DNA from: Anaeramoeba ignava BMAN
Lineage: Eukaryota; Protista; Anaeramoebae
Length of the DNA stretch: 64,000 bases
Assembly (NCBI GenBank): GCA_028826165.1
Contig: JAPDFW010000070.1
Coordinates: 186,001-250,000 of the forward strand
Reading direction: 5' to 3'
Part shown: in pieces, positions 27,482 to 40,554 of the stretch
Numbering within the stretch: position 1 is the stretch's first letter
Layout: every line of letters starts with the position of its first letter
Program-made: the position numbers and the translations under genes
Notes under the pieces: model-generated
The model's database searches: none
What the model was told of the DNA's origin: nothing
What the model saw: the letters and a program-made list of their open reading frames with translations, nothing else

Positions 27482-30008
27482 TTAATCGATCCAATTAAAA
27501 GATTTTTCAACTGCTTTTTTCCATTTTATAAAACGTTGTTTTCTTTCTTTTTCATCAATTTTTGAAGAGAAAATAGTAAATTCAGAATGTTCATTAAGAA
27601 TTTGTTTAATTTGATCAAGAGAATCCCAAACTTTAACACCCAAACCAGCACTTAAAGCAGCACCTAAAGCAGTAGTTTCAATTTGAGATGGTCGAATAAC
27701 ATTAATTCCAAGAAGATCTGCTTGAATTTGCATACATAAATCGGATTTTGTCATTCCTCCATCAACTCGAAGTTCTTTAATTTTAATTTCTGAGTCTTCT
27801 TCCATAGCTTTTAAAACTTCCATTGCTTGAAAGCATCTAATTTGAATTTTAATTTTAATTTTAATTTTGATTTTGAATTTGATTTTAATTTTAATTTTGA
27901 TTTTAATTTTTATTAATTTTAATTTTGATTTTGATTTTAATTTTGATTTTAATTTTTGATTTTGATTTTAATTTTAATTTTGATTTTAATTTTAATTTTA
28001 ATTTTAATTTTAATTTTAATTTTAATTTTAATTTTAATTTTGATTTTGATTTTAATTTTAATTTTAATTTTAATTTTGATTTTGATTTTAATTTGATTTT
28101 GATTTTAATTTTAATTTTAATTTTGATTTTAATTTTGATTTTGATTTTAATTTTAATTTTGATATTAATTTTGATTTTGATTTTAATTTTAATTTTAATT
28201 TTGATTTTAATTTTGATTTTAATTTTAATTTTTAATTTTAATTTTGATTTTGATTTTAAATTTTAATTTTGAATTTAATTTTAATTTTAAAAAGAGAATC
28301 TACGTTGATTCAAGACAAGCTCTTGCTAAATGATATTTATTTGTAAAAGAAGTTAAACCAACAATTATTCCTCTTGCATCTGAACGCCAATACGGACAAA
28401 ATAAACCAGAAAAAGCTGGAACAAAATAAACATCTCCACTATCCTTAACTTTTGCAGCAAATTCATCAATTTGAGGAGCTGAATCAATCATTTGGATTTT
28501 ATCTCTTAACCTATTTGATTTTAATTTTGATTTTAATTTTAATTTTAATTTTAATTTTTGATTTTTGAATTTTTATTTTAATTTTGATTTTGATTTTTGA
28601 TTTTTGATTTTTAATTTTAATTTTAATTTTAATTTTAATATTAATTTTGAATTTGATTTTAATTTTAATTTTAATTTTAATTTTAATATTAATTTTAATT
28701 TGGATTTTTAATTTTAATTTTAATTTTAATTTTAATTTTGATTTTGGTTTTGATTTTAATTTTAATATTGATTTTGATTTTTAATTTTAATTTTAAAGAA
28801 ATAATATAATCATGAAATAAATCAAAGAAGGAATAAGAGTAATGATAATAACCATTGAATAGCATGACCAGCAACAGCAACCGAACCTTCAAGAGCATAA
28901 AAAACAGGATTATCTGGACCAAATTGGTAAGCAACTGTAGTTAAAAGACCATGAGTAGAATTAATAATATTAGTGCCTGTATTTTTGAGCATAAAGCAAC
29001 CTGTTCCATAAGTATTCTTGACTTGACCTGAAGAAAAGCATAGTTGACCAACAAGTGCAGCTTGCTGGTCACCCAAACAACCAGCAATAGGAACATTCAA
29101 AATATCATTAAAAATAGGATTTTTCACATTTCCATAAATCTCACAAGAACTGCATATTTTCGGGAGTATTTTCATTGGGATATTCAGTGATTCACACATT
29201 TTTTCACTCCATTTCGCACTTTTTAGATCCATTAGCATTGTGCGACTTGCATTAGTGACATCAGTAACGTGATTTCCTCCTTGATTACCTCCAGTCAAGT
29301 TCCAGATCAGCCATGAATCAATTGTCCCAAAAAGGCATCTTTCCTCATCAATTGCAGTTTTAACTTCTGGGACGTTTTGTATTAACCAATTGAGTTTTGT
29401 TGCTGAAAAATAAGTTGAAATGGGTAATCCACAAATTTCTTTGAAATGATCTTGATTTCCGAATTTTTGGATCAAATCGTTACATATTTGTTGATTTCGC
29501 ATATCAAGCCATACAATTGCATTATGCAACGGTTTTCCTGTTATTTTATCCCAAACACATGTTGTTTCTCTTTGATTTGTTATTCCTATTGATTTTAGAT
29601 TTTCTATTGTATATCCTTGTGATTTGCATTTTTTTAGTGATTCTGATATGCAAATTTGAACAGTTTCTAATATTTTGAGTGGATCATGTTCTGTCCAACC
29701 TTCTTTTGGGTTGATTTGTTCGAATTCCATTTGATGTGATGCAATTAAATTTAGTTTTTCGTTAAAAACTAAAAATCTTGTTGATGTTGTTCCCTTTTCA
29801 TTTTATATAAATATTTATATTTATATTTTGATTTAATTTTCAATTTAATTTTTTGATTTAATTTTTAATTTAAATTTTTGATTTAAATTTCAATTTAATT
29901 TTTTGATTTAATTTTCAATTTAATTTTTTGATTGAATTTTGCAATTTCTTCTTCTTGAATAGATTTAAATTAATTTACTTGATCAATTGCTCCAACTAAT
30001 TGACTCAT
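27482..30008 (-). CDS. GK: Glycerol kinase (exons 30008-29979, 29793-28853, 28510-28304, 27836-27482; ~510 aa)
   Basis: [74 protein letters not shown]; splices in frame. Confidence 0.97.
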
Positions 30009-30158
30009 TAAAATAAAAAGGAAAAGGAAAAAAAAAATGAAAAATGATTTTAAAAATAAAAATAAAAATAAATAAAAAAGAAGAAAAAAAAAACAAAAAA
30101 ATTTTTTTTTTATACATTTTCAAATTTCATTTTTTTTCTTAACAATCCTAAAAAAAAT

Positions 30159-33100
30159 ATGATCAAAACATTATTTCTTATTAATAACAATGGGGATGTT
30201 ATAATAGAAAAGCATTGGAGAGGATTAACACCACGATCCGTTGCGCAATATTTTTGGAATGAAATATCTAATTATGAAAATAAAAAAGATGCAAAACCAA
30301 TAATACAAACACAAAAAGAAACCTTAATTTTCATTGAAAGAGTTGACATGTATTATCTTGCAGTAATTCCTATCGAAGGATCTCCTTTAATGGTCGTAGA
30401 ATTTCTGGACAGGCTTTCTCAAATCTTTGCTAAATTTTTTGGTAAAATGCCAACGGAAGATGTTATTAAAGAAAATTTTGTTATCATTTATGAAGTAATT
30501 GTTATTTTTTTTTTTCGTTATTCTTAATTCTCCTTTTTTCCGTTTATTCTTTTTATTATTTTTGTTTTTATTGTTTTTGTTTTTATTATTTTTATTTTTA
30601 TTATTATTTTTCAATTAATTTGAGAAAAAAAAATTTTTTCTATTTAAAATTGAAAATTGGAATTTTGAAAGAAAATTATAAAACAAAATATAAAACAAAT
30701 TAATAAACAAATTATAAAACAATTTATAAAACAATTATAAAACAATTATAAAATAAATTATAAAACAAATTATAAAACAAATTATAAAACAAATTATAAA
30801 ATAATTTAATAAACAAAAATAAAATAATTTAATAAGCAATTTATAAACAAATTATAAAACAAATTAATAAACAAAATATTAAATAATTTAATAAACAATT
30901 TATAAACAAATTATAAAACAAATTAATAAAAAAATATTAAATAATTTATACAATTTAATAAACAAATTATAAAATAAAAATAAAACAATTTATAAATAAA
31001 TTATAAAATAATTTATAAAACAAATTATAAAACAAATTATTTATAAAATAAATTATAAAATAATTTAATAAACAAATTATAAAACAATTTATAAACAATT
31101 TATAAAACAATTTAATAAACAAAAATATAAAAATTTAAATTATAAAACAAATTATAAAACAAATTATAAAACAAATTATAAAACAATTTAATAAACAAAA
31201 TACAAATAATTTAATAAACAAAAATATAAATAAAATATAAAATAATTTAATAAACAAAATATAAATAAATTATAAAACAAATTTAAACTAAAACAATTTA
31301 TAAAACAAATTATAAAACAATTTATAAAATAATTTAATAAACAAAATAAAATAATTTAATAAGCAATTTATAAACAAATTATAAAACAAATTAATAAACA
31401 AAATATTAAATAATTTATAAAATAAATTATAAAACAATTTAATAAACAAATTAAAATATAAATAAATTATAAAACAAATTATAAAACAAAATATAAAAAA
31501 TTTATAAAACAATTTAATAAACAAATTATAAAACAAATTATAAAATAAATTATAAAATAAATTATAAAACAAATTATAAAACAAAATATAAAAAATTTAT
31601 AAAACAATTTAATAAACAAAATATAAAACTAAAACAAATTATAAACAATTTATAAAATAAATTATAAAATAATTTATAAAATAATTTATAAAAACAACCT
31701 TTTTCCAAAATAGCTTTTAGATGAAATGATGGATAATGGATTTCCACTTACAACCGAACCTAGTGTTCTTGAAGAAATGATAAATATTTCAAAACAAAGA
31801 TCAGTTAAATCAAGTGATCTAATTCCTACAGGATCATTATCAAACACTCCATGGAGAAAACCAGGAATAAAACATTCTCCAAATGAAATTCTTATTGATT
31901 TTATTGAAAGAATTGATACAATAATTGAAGTGTAAATAAATATTTAAATTGAATTGAATTGAATTGAATTGAATTGAAAATAAATATTTAAATTGAATTG
32001 AATTGAAAATATTTAAATTGGATTGAATTGAATTAAATTAAATTAAATTGAATTGAATTGAATTGAATTGAATTGAAATATTTAATTTAAATTGAATTAT
32101 TTAAATTGAATTGAAATAAATTAAATTAAATTGAATTGAATTGAAAATATTTAAATTGAATTGAATTGAATTGAAATGAAAATATTTAATTTAAATTGAA
32201 ATTCAAAATAAAAAGAAATGGCACTCCTGTAACAACAGAAATCGATGCCAAAGCTTTAGTTGATTGTAGATTATCGGGAATGCCAGAACTCACAATGTCT
32301 TTCAATCAACCTAGACTTGTTGAAGACATCTCTTTCCATCCATGTGTAAGATATAATCATTGGGAACAATATCAGAAAGTTAATTTTGTGCCGCCTGATG
32401 GTGAATTTCAACTTTTAACATACAGGTTTGAATTATTAGAAAAAAAAAACTGAAAGAATTTTTAAAGAATTTTTTCATTTTCAAAAAATAATATATTTAT
32501 TTATATTTCATCTTCATTTTTTATCTTATTATCCAATTGCTTTCGTTATTATTTCCTCTTTTTTTAGTATTAAATCTCCTAATATTCAAGTTCCTATATA
32601 TTCAGATCCTATTTTTAAATGGGAAAAAAACAAAGGTGTTTTGGATTTGAAAATTGGTATTAAAAACAATCAGGAAAAGCCTGTTGAAAATGTATCAATA
32701 ATCATTCCTTTCCCAAAAAATATTGAAAAGCCAAAGCTTGTTTGTTCTGATGGAAGTGTTTTATTTGATGAATCTTCAAAAGTATTTTTGCAATTAGATT
32801 TTAAATAATTTTAATAATAATTTTAATAATAATTTTAATAATAATTTTAATAATAATTTTAATAATAAATTTAATAAATAATTTTATAAAATAATTTTAA
32901 TAATAAATTTAATAATAATTTTAATAATAATTTTAATAATAAATTTAATAATAATTTTAATAATAATTTTAATAATAATTTTAATAATAAATTTAATAAT
33001 AAATTATTAATAATTTTAATAATAATTTAAATAATAAATTTAATAATAAATTTAATAATAATTTTAATAATAATTTTATAAATAATTTTAATAATAATTT

Positions 33101-34178
33101 TAATAATAATTTTTTAATAATTTTATAAAATAATTTTAATAATAAATTTAATAATAATTTTAATAATAATTTTATAAATAATTTTATTAATAATTTAAAT
33201 AATAATTTTAATAATAATTTTAATAATAATTTTTTTAATAATTTTTAATAAATTTTTAAATAAATAATTTTAATAATAATTTTAATAATAATTTTATAAA
33301 TAATTTATAAATAATTTTATAAATAATTTATAAATAATTTTTATAATAATAATTTTAATAATAATTTTAATAATAATTTTATAAATAATTTATAAATAAT
33401 TTATAAATAATTTTATAAATAATAATTTTAATAATAATTTTAATAATAATTTTATTAATAATTTTAATAATAATTTTATTAATAAATTTATTAATAATTT
33501 TATTAATAATTTTAATAATAATTTTAATAATAATTTTAATAATAATTTTAATAATAATTTAAATAATAATTTTAATAATAATTTTAATAATAAATTAATA
33601 ATAATTTTTATAAATAATTTTAATAATAATTTTATTAATAAATTTAATAATAATTTTATAAATAATTTTATTAATAATTTAAATAATAATTTTATTAATA
33701 AATTTAATAATAATTTTATAAATAATTTTATTAATAATTTAAATAATAATTTAATAATAAATTTAATAATAAATTTAATAATAATTTTAATAATAAATTT
33801 AATAATAATTTTAATAATAATTTTAATAATAAATTTATTAATAATTTTAATAATAATTTTAATAATAATTTTATTAATAATTTTAATAATAATTTTATAA
33901 ATAATTTTAATAATAATTTTGAAAATCAAAATCAGAAAATTAAATGGAAAATTGGAAAATTAAAAGAAAGAGCATCACATTTATCAGGAACAATACCATT
34001 AACACCAGATACAGCACCACCTGAAGAAAGACCAACAGCACTAGCTGAATTTCGGGTAGTTTCATTATCAGCATCAGGATTAAAAGTTGATCGAATAGAT
34101 CTTCATAATGAAAATTATAAAGTATTTAAAGGTGTTCGTTTTATAACAGAAGCAGGAAATTTCCAGATTAGATTTTAA
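30159..34178 (+). CDS. AP3M: AP-3 adaptor complex mu subunit (exons 30159-30494, 31714-31931, 32216-32425, 32568-32781, 33936-34178; ~406 aa)
   Basis: N-terminus MIKTLFLINNNGDVIIEKHW; ELLDEMMDNGFPLTTEP, LSGMPEL, SFHPCVRY, FVPPDGEFQL, SGLKVDR, FKGVRFITEAGNFQIR. Confidence 0.92.
30670..31695. repeat. 12-bp minisatellite (TTATAAAACAAA variants) in AP3M intron 1
   Basis: Visible tandem array. Confidence 0.9.
31945..32200. repeat. (AATTG)n pentamer array in AP3M intron 2
   Basis: Visible tandem array. Confidence 0.85.
32800..33920. repeat. 12-bp minisatellite (AATAATAATTTT variants) in AP3M intron 4
   Basis: Visible tandem array. Confidence 0.9.
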
Positions 34179-34591
34179 ACAAAAATAATATTATTATTAT
34201 TATTTTTAAAATTTCTCATTCATTTATCTTCACATTTTATCCTTTCATTCAATTTCTAATAATAATATTTAAATTTTAATTTTTGATAATCTAATTTTGC
34301 AAGAAAAAAATTTTTTTTCTTTTAAAAATTTCCAAGTTTTGATCAAAAAAGTTTAAAATTCTTTTGGTTACTTGACTTTTTTTTTTTACTAAACAAAAAT
34401 TACAAAAAAAATTACAGAATTTCCAAAAAGGAAATTTTTTTTTAATTTCTTAAATTTTCTTTTTCTTTTTTTTGCTTTTTTTTTTTTAATTAAAAAACAA
34501 AAAATTAAAAATTCATTTTTTTTCATTTTTTTTTCATTTTTTTTTCAATAATAAAAATAAATAAATAAATAAATAATAATAAATATTAATA

Positions 34592-36044
34592 ATGAAAGCT
34601 TTTTTTGATAAAAAAGAAAGAAGAAGGTCAAGTGATTTAAAAGAATTTAAAGGTGATTCATTAGGACTTGAAAATAAAAAAGCAATTAAAAAATATTTAT
34701 CAAAATCAAGTAAAAAAATTTTCAAATCAAAATTAAAATTTCAAATTAAACTAAAACTTAAAAAATCAATTTAAAGATAATTCAAAAATTCTTTTCTCAG
34801 GAAAAGTTCAAAAAATGAATAAAAGAAATAAAATTCAAGAAAGAGTTTTAATGGTTACTGATGAATTTGTTTATAATCTTGATCCAGGAAGCTATAAAAG
34901 CAAAAGAGAAATTTCTATTAATAAAATTAATTCAATTGCTGTTTCAAATTTACCTGATAATTTTTTTGTTATTAAAGTTAATGATGAATATGATTATTTA
35001 TTTATCTCTCCAAATAAAACTGAGATTATTTCAAGAATAATTGGAGCTTATCAAAAATTAACAGGAAATCCTTTAAATCTTTTATTTTCTGATCAGTAAT
35101 TTAATAATTAATTTAATATTTAATTTAATATTTATTTTAATATTTATTTTAATATTTATTTTAATATTTATTTTAATATTTATTTTAATATTTATTTTAA
35201 TATTTATTTTAATATTTATTTTAATATTTATTTTAATATTTATTTTAATATTTATTTTAATATTTATTTTAATATTTATTTTAATATTTATTTTAATATT
35301 TATTTTAATATTTATTTTAATATTTATTTTAATATTTATTTTAATATTTATTTTAAATAATTGATTTCAAATTTATTTTGAATACGATTTAAATAAAGAT
35401 TTAAAAAGAATTTAGTATTTTCAAAAACTGAAGATGGAATTTTTCAAATATTTATATTTTTAATTTTAATTTTAATTTTAATTTTAATTTTAATTTGAAA
35501 ATTTTGATTGAAAAAGAATGAAATTTTTAAAAAAATTTAAAAATAAAAATTTTAATATTTATTTTAATATTTATTTTAATATTTAATTTAATATTTATTT
35601 TAATATTTATTTTAATATTTAATTTAATATTTATTTTTATAGTTTTTAATAATTAATTTAATATTTATTGGAAATATTTTTTTTTTTTATTTATTTTTAT
35701 TTATTTTAATAATTAATTTAATATTTAATACAAATATTTAATTTAAATATTTTTTTTTAAAAATTTATTTTAAATTAATTTTTATTTATTTTAATATTTA
35801 TTTTAATATTTATTTTAATATTTATTTTAATATTTAATTTAATATTTATTTTAATATTTAATTTAATATTTATTTTAATATTTATTTTAATATTTATTTT
35901 AATATTTAACTTAATATTTATTTTAATATTAATTTCCAAATTAGAATTGAATACGATTGTCGAGGAAAAGATGTAAAAGAATTAGTATTTTCAAAAACTG
36001 AAGATGGAATTAAAACTCAAATATTCCAAAAGAAGAAAAAATAA
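34592..36044 (+). CDS. Stand-alone myosin-I tail homology 1 (TH1) domain protein (exons 34592-34709, 34777-35095, 35945-36044; ~178 aa)
   Basis: KKERRRSS..FKGDSLGL, ILFSGKVQKMNKRNKIQERVLMVTD, IAVSNLPDNFFVIKV, YDYLF, KTEII match the Myosin_TH1 pattern. No motor-domain exons lie upstream (AP3M ends at 34178). Confidence 0.8.
35105..35935. repeat. 12-bp minisatellite (ATATTTATTTTA) in TH1 intron 2, interrupted by a decayed copy of the last exon
   Basis: Visible tandem array. Confidence 0.85.
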
Positions 36045-36205
36045 TGTTACACTTTTTAATTTTAATTTTGATTTTGATTTTAATTTTGATTTTGATTTTG
36101 ATTGAAAAAAAAAAAAGAATGAAATTTTTTTAAAAACGGAAAAAAAATAAAAAACAATTTAAATTATTTTCATTTTTCATTTTTCATTTTTTATTTTATA
36201 TTTTA

Positions 36206-37222
36206 ATGATTGAATCAAAAGCTCAACAAATTAAAATAGTTTTTGCAGGTGATTTAGCTGTTGGAAAAACTTGTCTTCGTGATAGATTTTTGGAAGAAAA
36301 ATTTAAAGGGAATACAAAGCCTACAATTGGAGCAGATGTTGTTTTTCCTAAAAAAATGATAAATAATCAAGAATGTCAAATTCATTTAGTAAATTTTTTG
36401 TTCAAAATATTTCATTAATTTTTTTTCTCTTATTAATTTTGAATTTTGAATTTATTTTTAAATTTAGTGGGATACAGCAGGTTTTTATTATTATTTTATT
36501 ATTATTTATCTTTTATTTTGGATATAAAAATTAAAATTAAAATCAAAATTAAATTTAAAATCAAAATTAAAAATCAAAATCAAAATCAAAATCAAATTCA
36601 AAATTAAAATTAAAATTAATATCAAATTCAAAATCAAAATCAAAATTAAAATTAAAATCAAAATTAAATCAAAATCAAAATCAAAATCAAAATTAAATTA
36701 AAATCAAAATCAAAATCAATTTGAAAATTCAAAAAAAAAGGTCAAGAAAAATTTGATTCTTTTACAAAAACGTATTTTAGAGATGCAAATGGTGTTATTT
36801 TAGTTTATGATATAACAAGAAAACATTCATTGGAAAGGGTTCAATTTCTATATCAAACAATTCAAGATGAATCACAAAATGGATGTGCAATTATTTTATT
36901 TGGAAATAAAGTTGATCTTGAAAATGAAAGAATGATTGAAGTTACAGAAGGAGAAGAATTAGCACAATCTTGGAATTGTTCATTTTTTGAAACAAGTGCA
37001 AAAACTGGAATAAATGTAAAAGAAGGATTTGAAAAAATATTTGAAGAATCTTTTGAAAGTATTTATTTTATTTTTTAATTAAAATTTTTTTCCGATTTTT
37101 AATTTTCATTTTTTTAATTTTAATTTTAATTTTTATTTTTTTAGTGCAAAAAAAAATTGGGACAAAGATCCAATAAATACAATCTCTTTATCTCAAAAAT
37201 AAAAACCAGTTCTTGTTGTTGA
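36206..37222 (+). CDS. Divergent Rab GTPase, copy A (microexon 36468-36480; last exon needs two 1-nt A-run corrections to reach SSCC)
   Basis: GDLAVGKT, WDTAGQE, NKVD, ETSAK, terminal CC. Confidence 0.8.
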
Positions 37223-37448
37223 AAAAAATGAGAAAAATTAAATTCTTTTTTTTTAAATTTGATTTAATTTCGAAAAAAATTAAAATTAAAAAAAATTTGA
37301 ACAAATAATAATTTTTTTTCCGATTTTATTTTTTTCATTTTTTTCATTTTATTCATTTTATTCATTTTTATTCAATTTATTCATTTTATTCATTTTTTAT
37401 TCAATTTATTCAATTTATTCAATTTATTAATTTTATTCAAAATAAATT

Positions 37449-38723
37449 ATGGAAAAAGAAATAACATCAAAATTAAAACAAATTAAAATTGTATTTGCAG
37501 GTGATGTAGGAGTTGGAAAAACTTGTTTAGTTGATTCATTTATGGGAAAACAATTTGAAGATGTCAAAGTTTTAACATCAGGAAGTGAAGTACAATTTGT
37601 AACAAAAAGCATTGATGATGAAGAAATTCAATTTGCTTTGGTATTTTTTATTTAAATTTTAACTTTTAATTTTAATTATGAATTTTGAATTATTTTTAAA
37701 TTAGTGGGATACAGCAGGTTTTTATTATTATTTTATTACTCTTTATCTTTTATTTTGGATATAAAAATAAAAATCAAAATTCAAAATCAAATCAAAATCA
37801 AATTCAAAATCAAAATCAAATTCAAAATCAAAATCGAAATTCAAATTCAAAATCAAAATCAAAATCAAATTCAAAATCAAAATCAAAATTCAAATTCAAA
37901 ATCAAAATCAAAATCAAAATCAAAATCAAAATCAAAATCAAAATCAAAATCAAAATTAAAATCAAAATTCAAATTCAAAATCAAAATCAAAATCAAATTC
38001 AAAATTCAAATTCAAAATCAAAATCAAAATCAAAATCAAAAAAATCAAAATTAAAATCAAAATCAAAATCAAAATTAAAATCAAAATCAAAATCAAAATC
38101 AAAATCAAAATTAAAATCAAAATCAAAATCAAAATCAAAATCAAAATTAAAATCAAAATTAAAATTAAAATTAAAATCAAAATCAAAAATCAAAATCAAA
38201 ATCAAAATCAAAATCAATTTGAAAATTCAAAAAAAAAGGTCAAGAAAGATTTGATTCTTTGACAAAAATATATTTTAGAGATGCAAATGGTGTTATTTTA
38301 GTTTATGATATAACAAGAGAAGATTCATTAGAAAGGGTGAAATTTCTATATCAAACAATTCAAGATGAATCACAAAATGGATGTGCAATTATTTTATTTG
38401 GAAATAAAGTTGATCTTGAAAATAAAAGAAAGGTTGAAATTTCAAAAGGAGAAGAATTAGCACAATCTTGGAATTGTTCATTTTTTGAAACAAGTGCAAA
38501 AACTAGAAAAAATGTAAAAGAAGGATTTAAAAAAATACTTGAAGAAGCTTTTGAAAAGTATTTATTTTATTTTTTAATTAAAATTTTTTTCCGATTTTTA
38601 ATTTTCATTTTTTTAATTTTTTTAGAAAAAAGGAAAGAAAAAAATGAAAATGAAAAAAAAATGGATAGTATTCATTTAAATAGTGAAGAGAAAAATAAAA
38701 AATCCAAAAATTCTTGTTGTTGA
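37449..38723 (+). CDS. Divergent Rab GTPase, copy B (microexon 37705-37717)
   Basis: GDVGVGKT, WDTAGQE, NKVD, ETSAK, NSCC terminus. Confidence 0.9.
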
Positions 38724-38813
38724 AATTATTTAAACTAACGAAACAAAAATTTTTTCATTTTTTCATTTTTCATTTTTCGTTTTTCGTTTTTTTTCATTTT
38801 TTTCAAATAAAAA

Positions 38814-40438
38814 ATGCAAAATCAAAATTTGCCTTCAAAAAAAATAAAACAAATTAAAATTGTATTTGCAGGTGATGCAGGAGTTGGGAAAACTTGTTTA
38901 ATGGAGAGTTATATGGGAAGGGATTTTCAAGTTAATCAAGTTTCAACAATGGGAGGAGATGTTCAATTTGTAATGAAAACTATGGAAAAGGAAACTGTTC
39001 AATTTGTTTTGGTATTTTTAATTTATTTTTTAATTTATTTTTAATTTATTTTTTAATTTATTTTTTAATTTATTTTTTAATTTATTTTTAATTTAGTGGG
39101 ATACAGCAGGTTTTTATTATTATTTTATTATTATTTATCTTTTATTTTAGATATAAAATTCAAAATCAAAATTCAAAATCAAAATCAAAATCAAAACCAA
39201 AATCAAAATCAAAATCAAAATCAAATTCAAAATCAAATTAAAAATCAAAATCAAAATCAAAATTCAAAATCAAAATAAAAATCAAAATCAAAATCAAAAT
39301 TAAATTCAAAATCAATTTTAAAATTAAAATTAAAATCAAAATCAAAATCAAAATCAAAATCAAATCAAAATCAAAATCAAAATCAAAATCAAAATTAAAA
39401 TCAAAATTAAAATCAAAATCAAATTCAATTTTAAAATTCAAAAAAAAAAGGTCAAGAAAAATTTGATTCTTTTACAAAAAATTATTTTAGAGATGCACAT
39501 GGTATTATTTTAGTTTATGATATAACAAGAGAAAGTTCATTTGAAAGAGCAAAAAAATTTCACCAAACAATTTTAGAAGAATCACAATATAATTGTGCAA
39601 TTATTTTAGTTGGAAATAAAGTTGATATTAAAAAAAAAAGAGTTGTTGATACTGTAAAAGCAGAAGATTTAGCAAAAGCTTGGGATTGTTCATTTTTTGA
39701 AACAAGTGCAAAAACAGGAATAAATGTAATTCAAGCATTTGAAAAAATGTTTCTTGAAGCTTATGAAGTGTATTTAAAATTCAATTTCAATTTCAAAATC
39801 AAATCAAAATTAAATTCAAAATCAAAATCAAAATTCAAAATCAAATTCAAAATCAAATTCAAAATGAAATTCAAAATTAAAATCAAAATCAAAATCAAAA
39901 TCAAAATCAAAATCAAAATCAAAATTAAAATCAAAATCAAAATCAAAATCAAAATCAAAATTTCAAAATAAAAATCAAAAATCAAAATCAAAAAATCAAA
40001 ATCAAAATCAAAATCAAAATCAAAATCAAAATCAAAATCAAAATCAAAATCAAAATCAAAATCAAAATCAAATTCAAAATCAAAATCAAAATCAAAATCA
40101 AAATCAAAATCAAAATCAAAATCAAAATCAAAATCAAAATCAAAATCAAAATCAAAATTTAAAATTAAAATTAAAATCAAAATCAAAATCAAAATCAAAA
40201 TCAAAATCAAAATTTAAAATTAAAATCAAAATCAAAATCAAAATTTAAAATTAAATTCAAAATCAAAATGAAAATCAAAATTAAAATCAAATTCAAAATC
40301 AAAATTTAAATCTAATCAAATTTATTATTTTTCCTCTTTTTTCTTTTTAGATTAAAGAAAATGTCAAAAGATAAAAAAGATGAAGAAATATTTTTATTCG
40401 ATTCTCATACTAAAAAATCTAAAAGTTCTTGTTGTTGA
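38814..40438 (+). CDS. Divergent Rab GTPase, copy C (microexon 39097-39109)
   Basis: GDAGVGKT, WDTAGQE, NKVD, ETSAK, SSCC terminus. Confidence 0.9.
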
Positions 40439-40554
40439 TTCAATTTAAGAAACAAGAAAAAATATTTTTATTAAATAATTTTTTTAACTTTTTTTTTTTA
40501 AAAAATAAATTTGGAAAAAATTTAATTTTTATTTTTTTTCTTTTTTTAAAAAAA

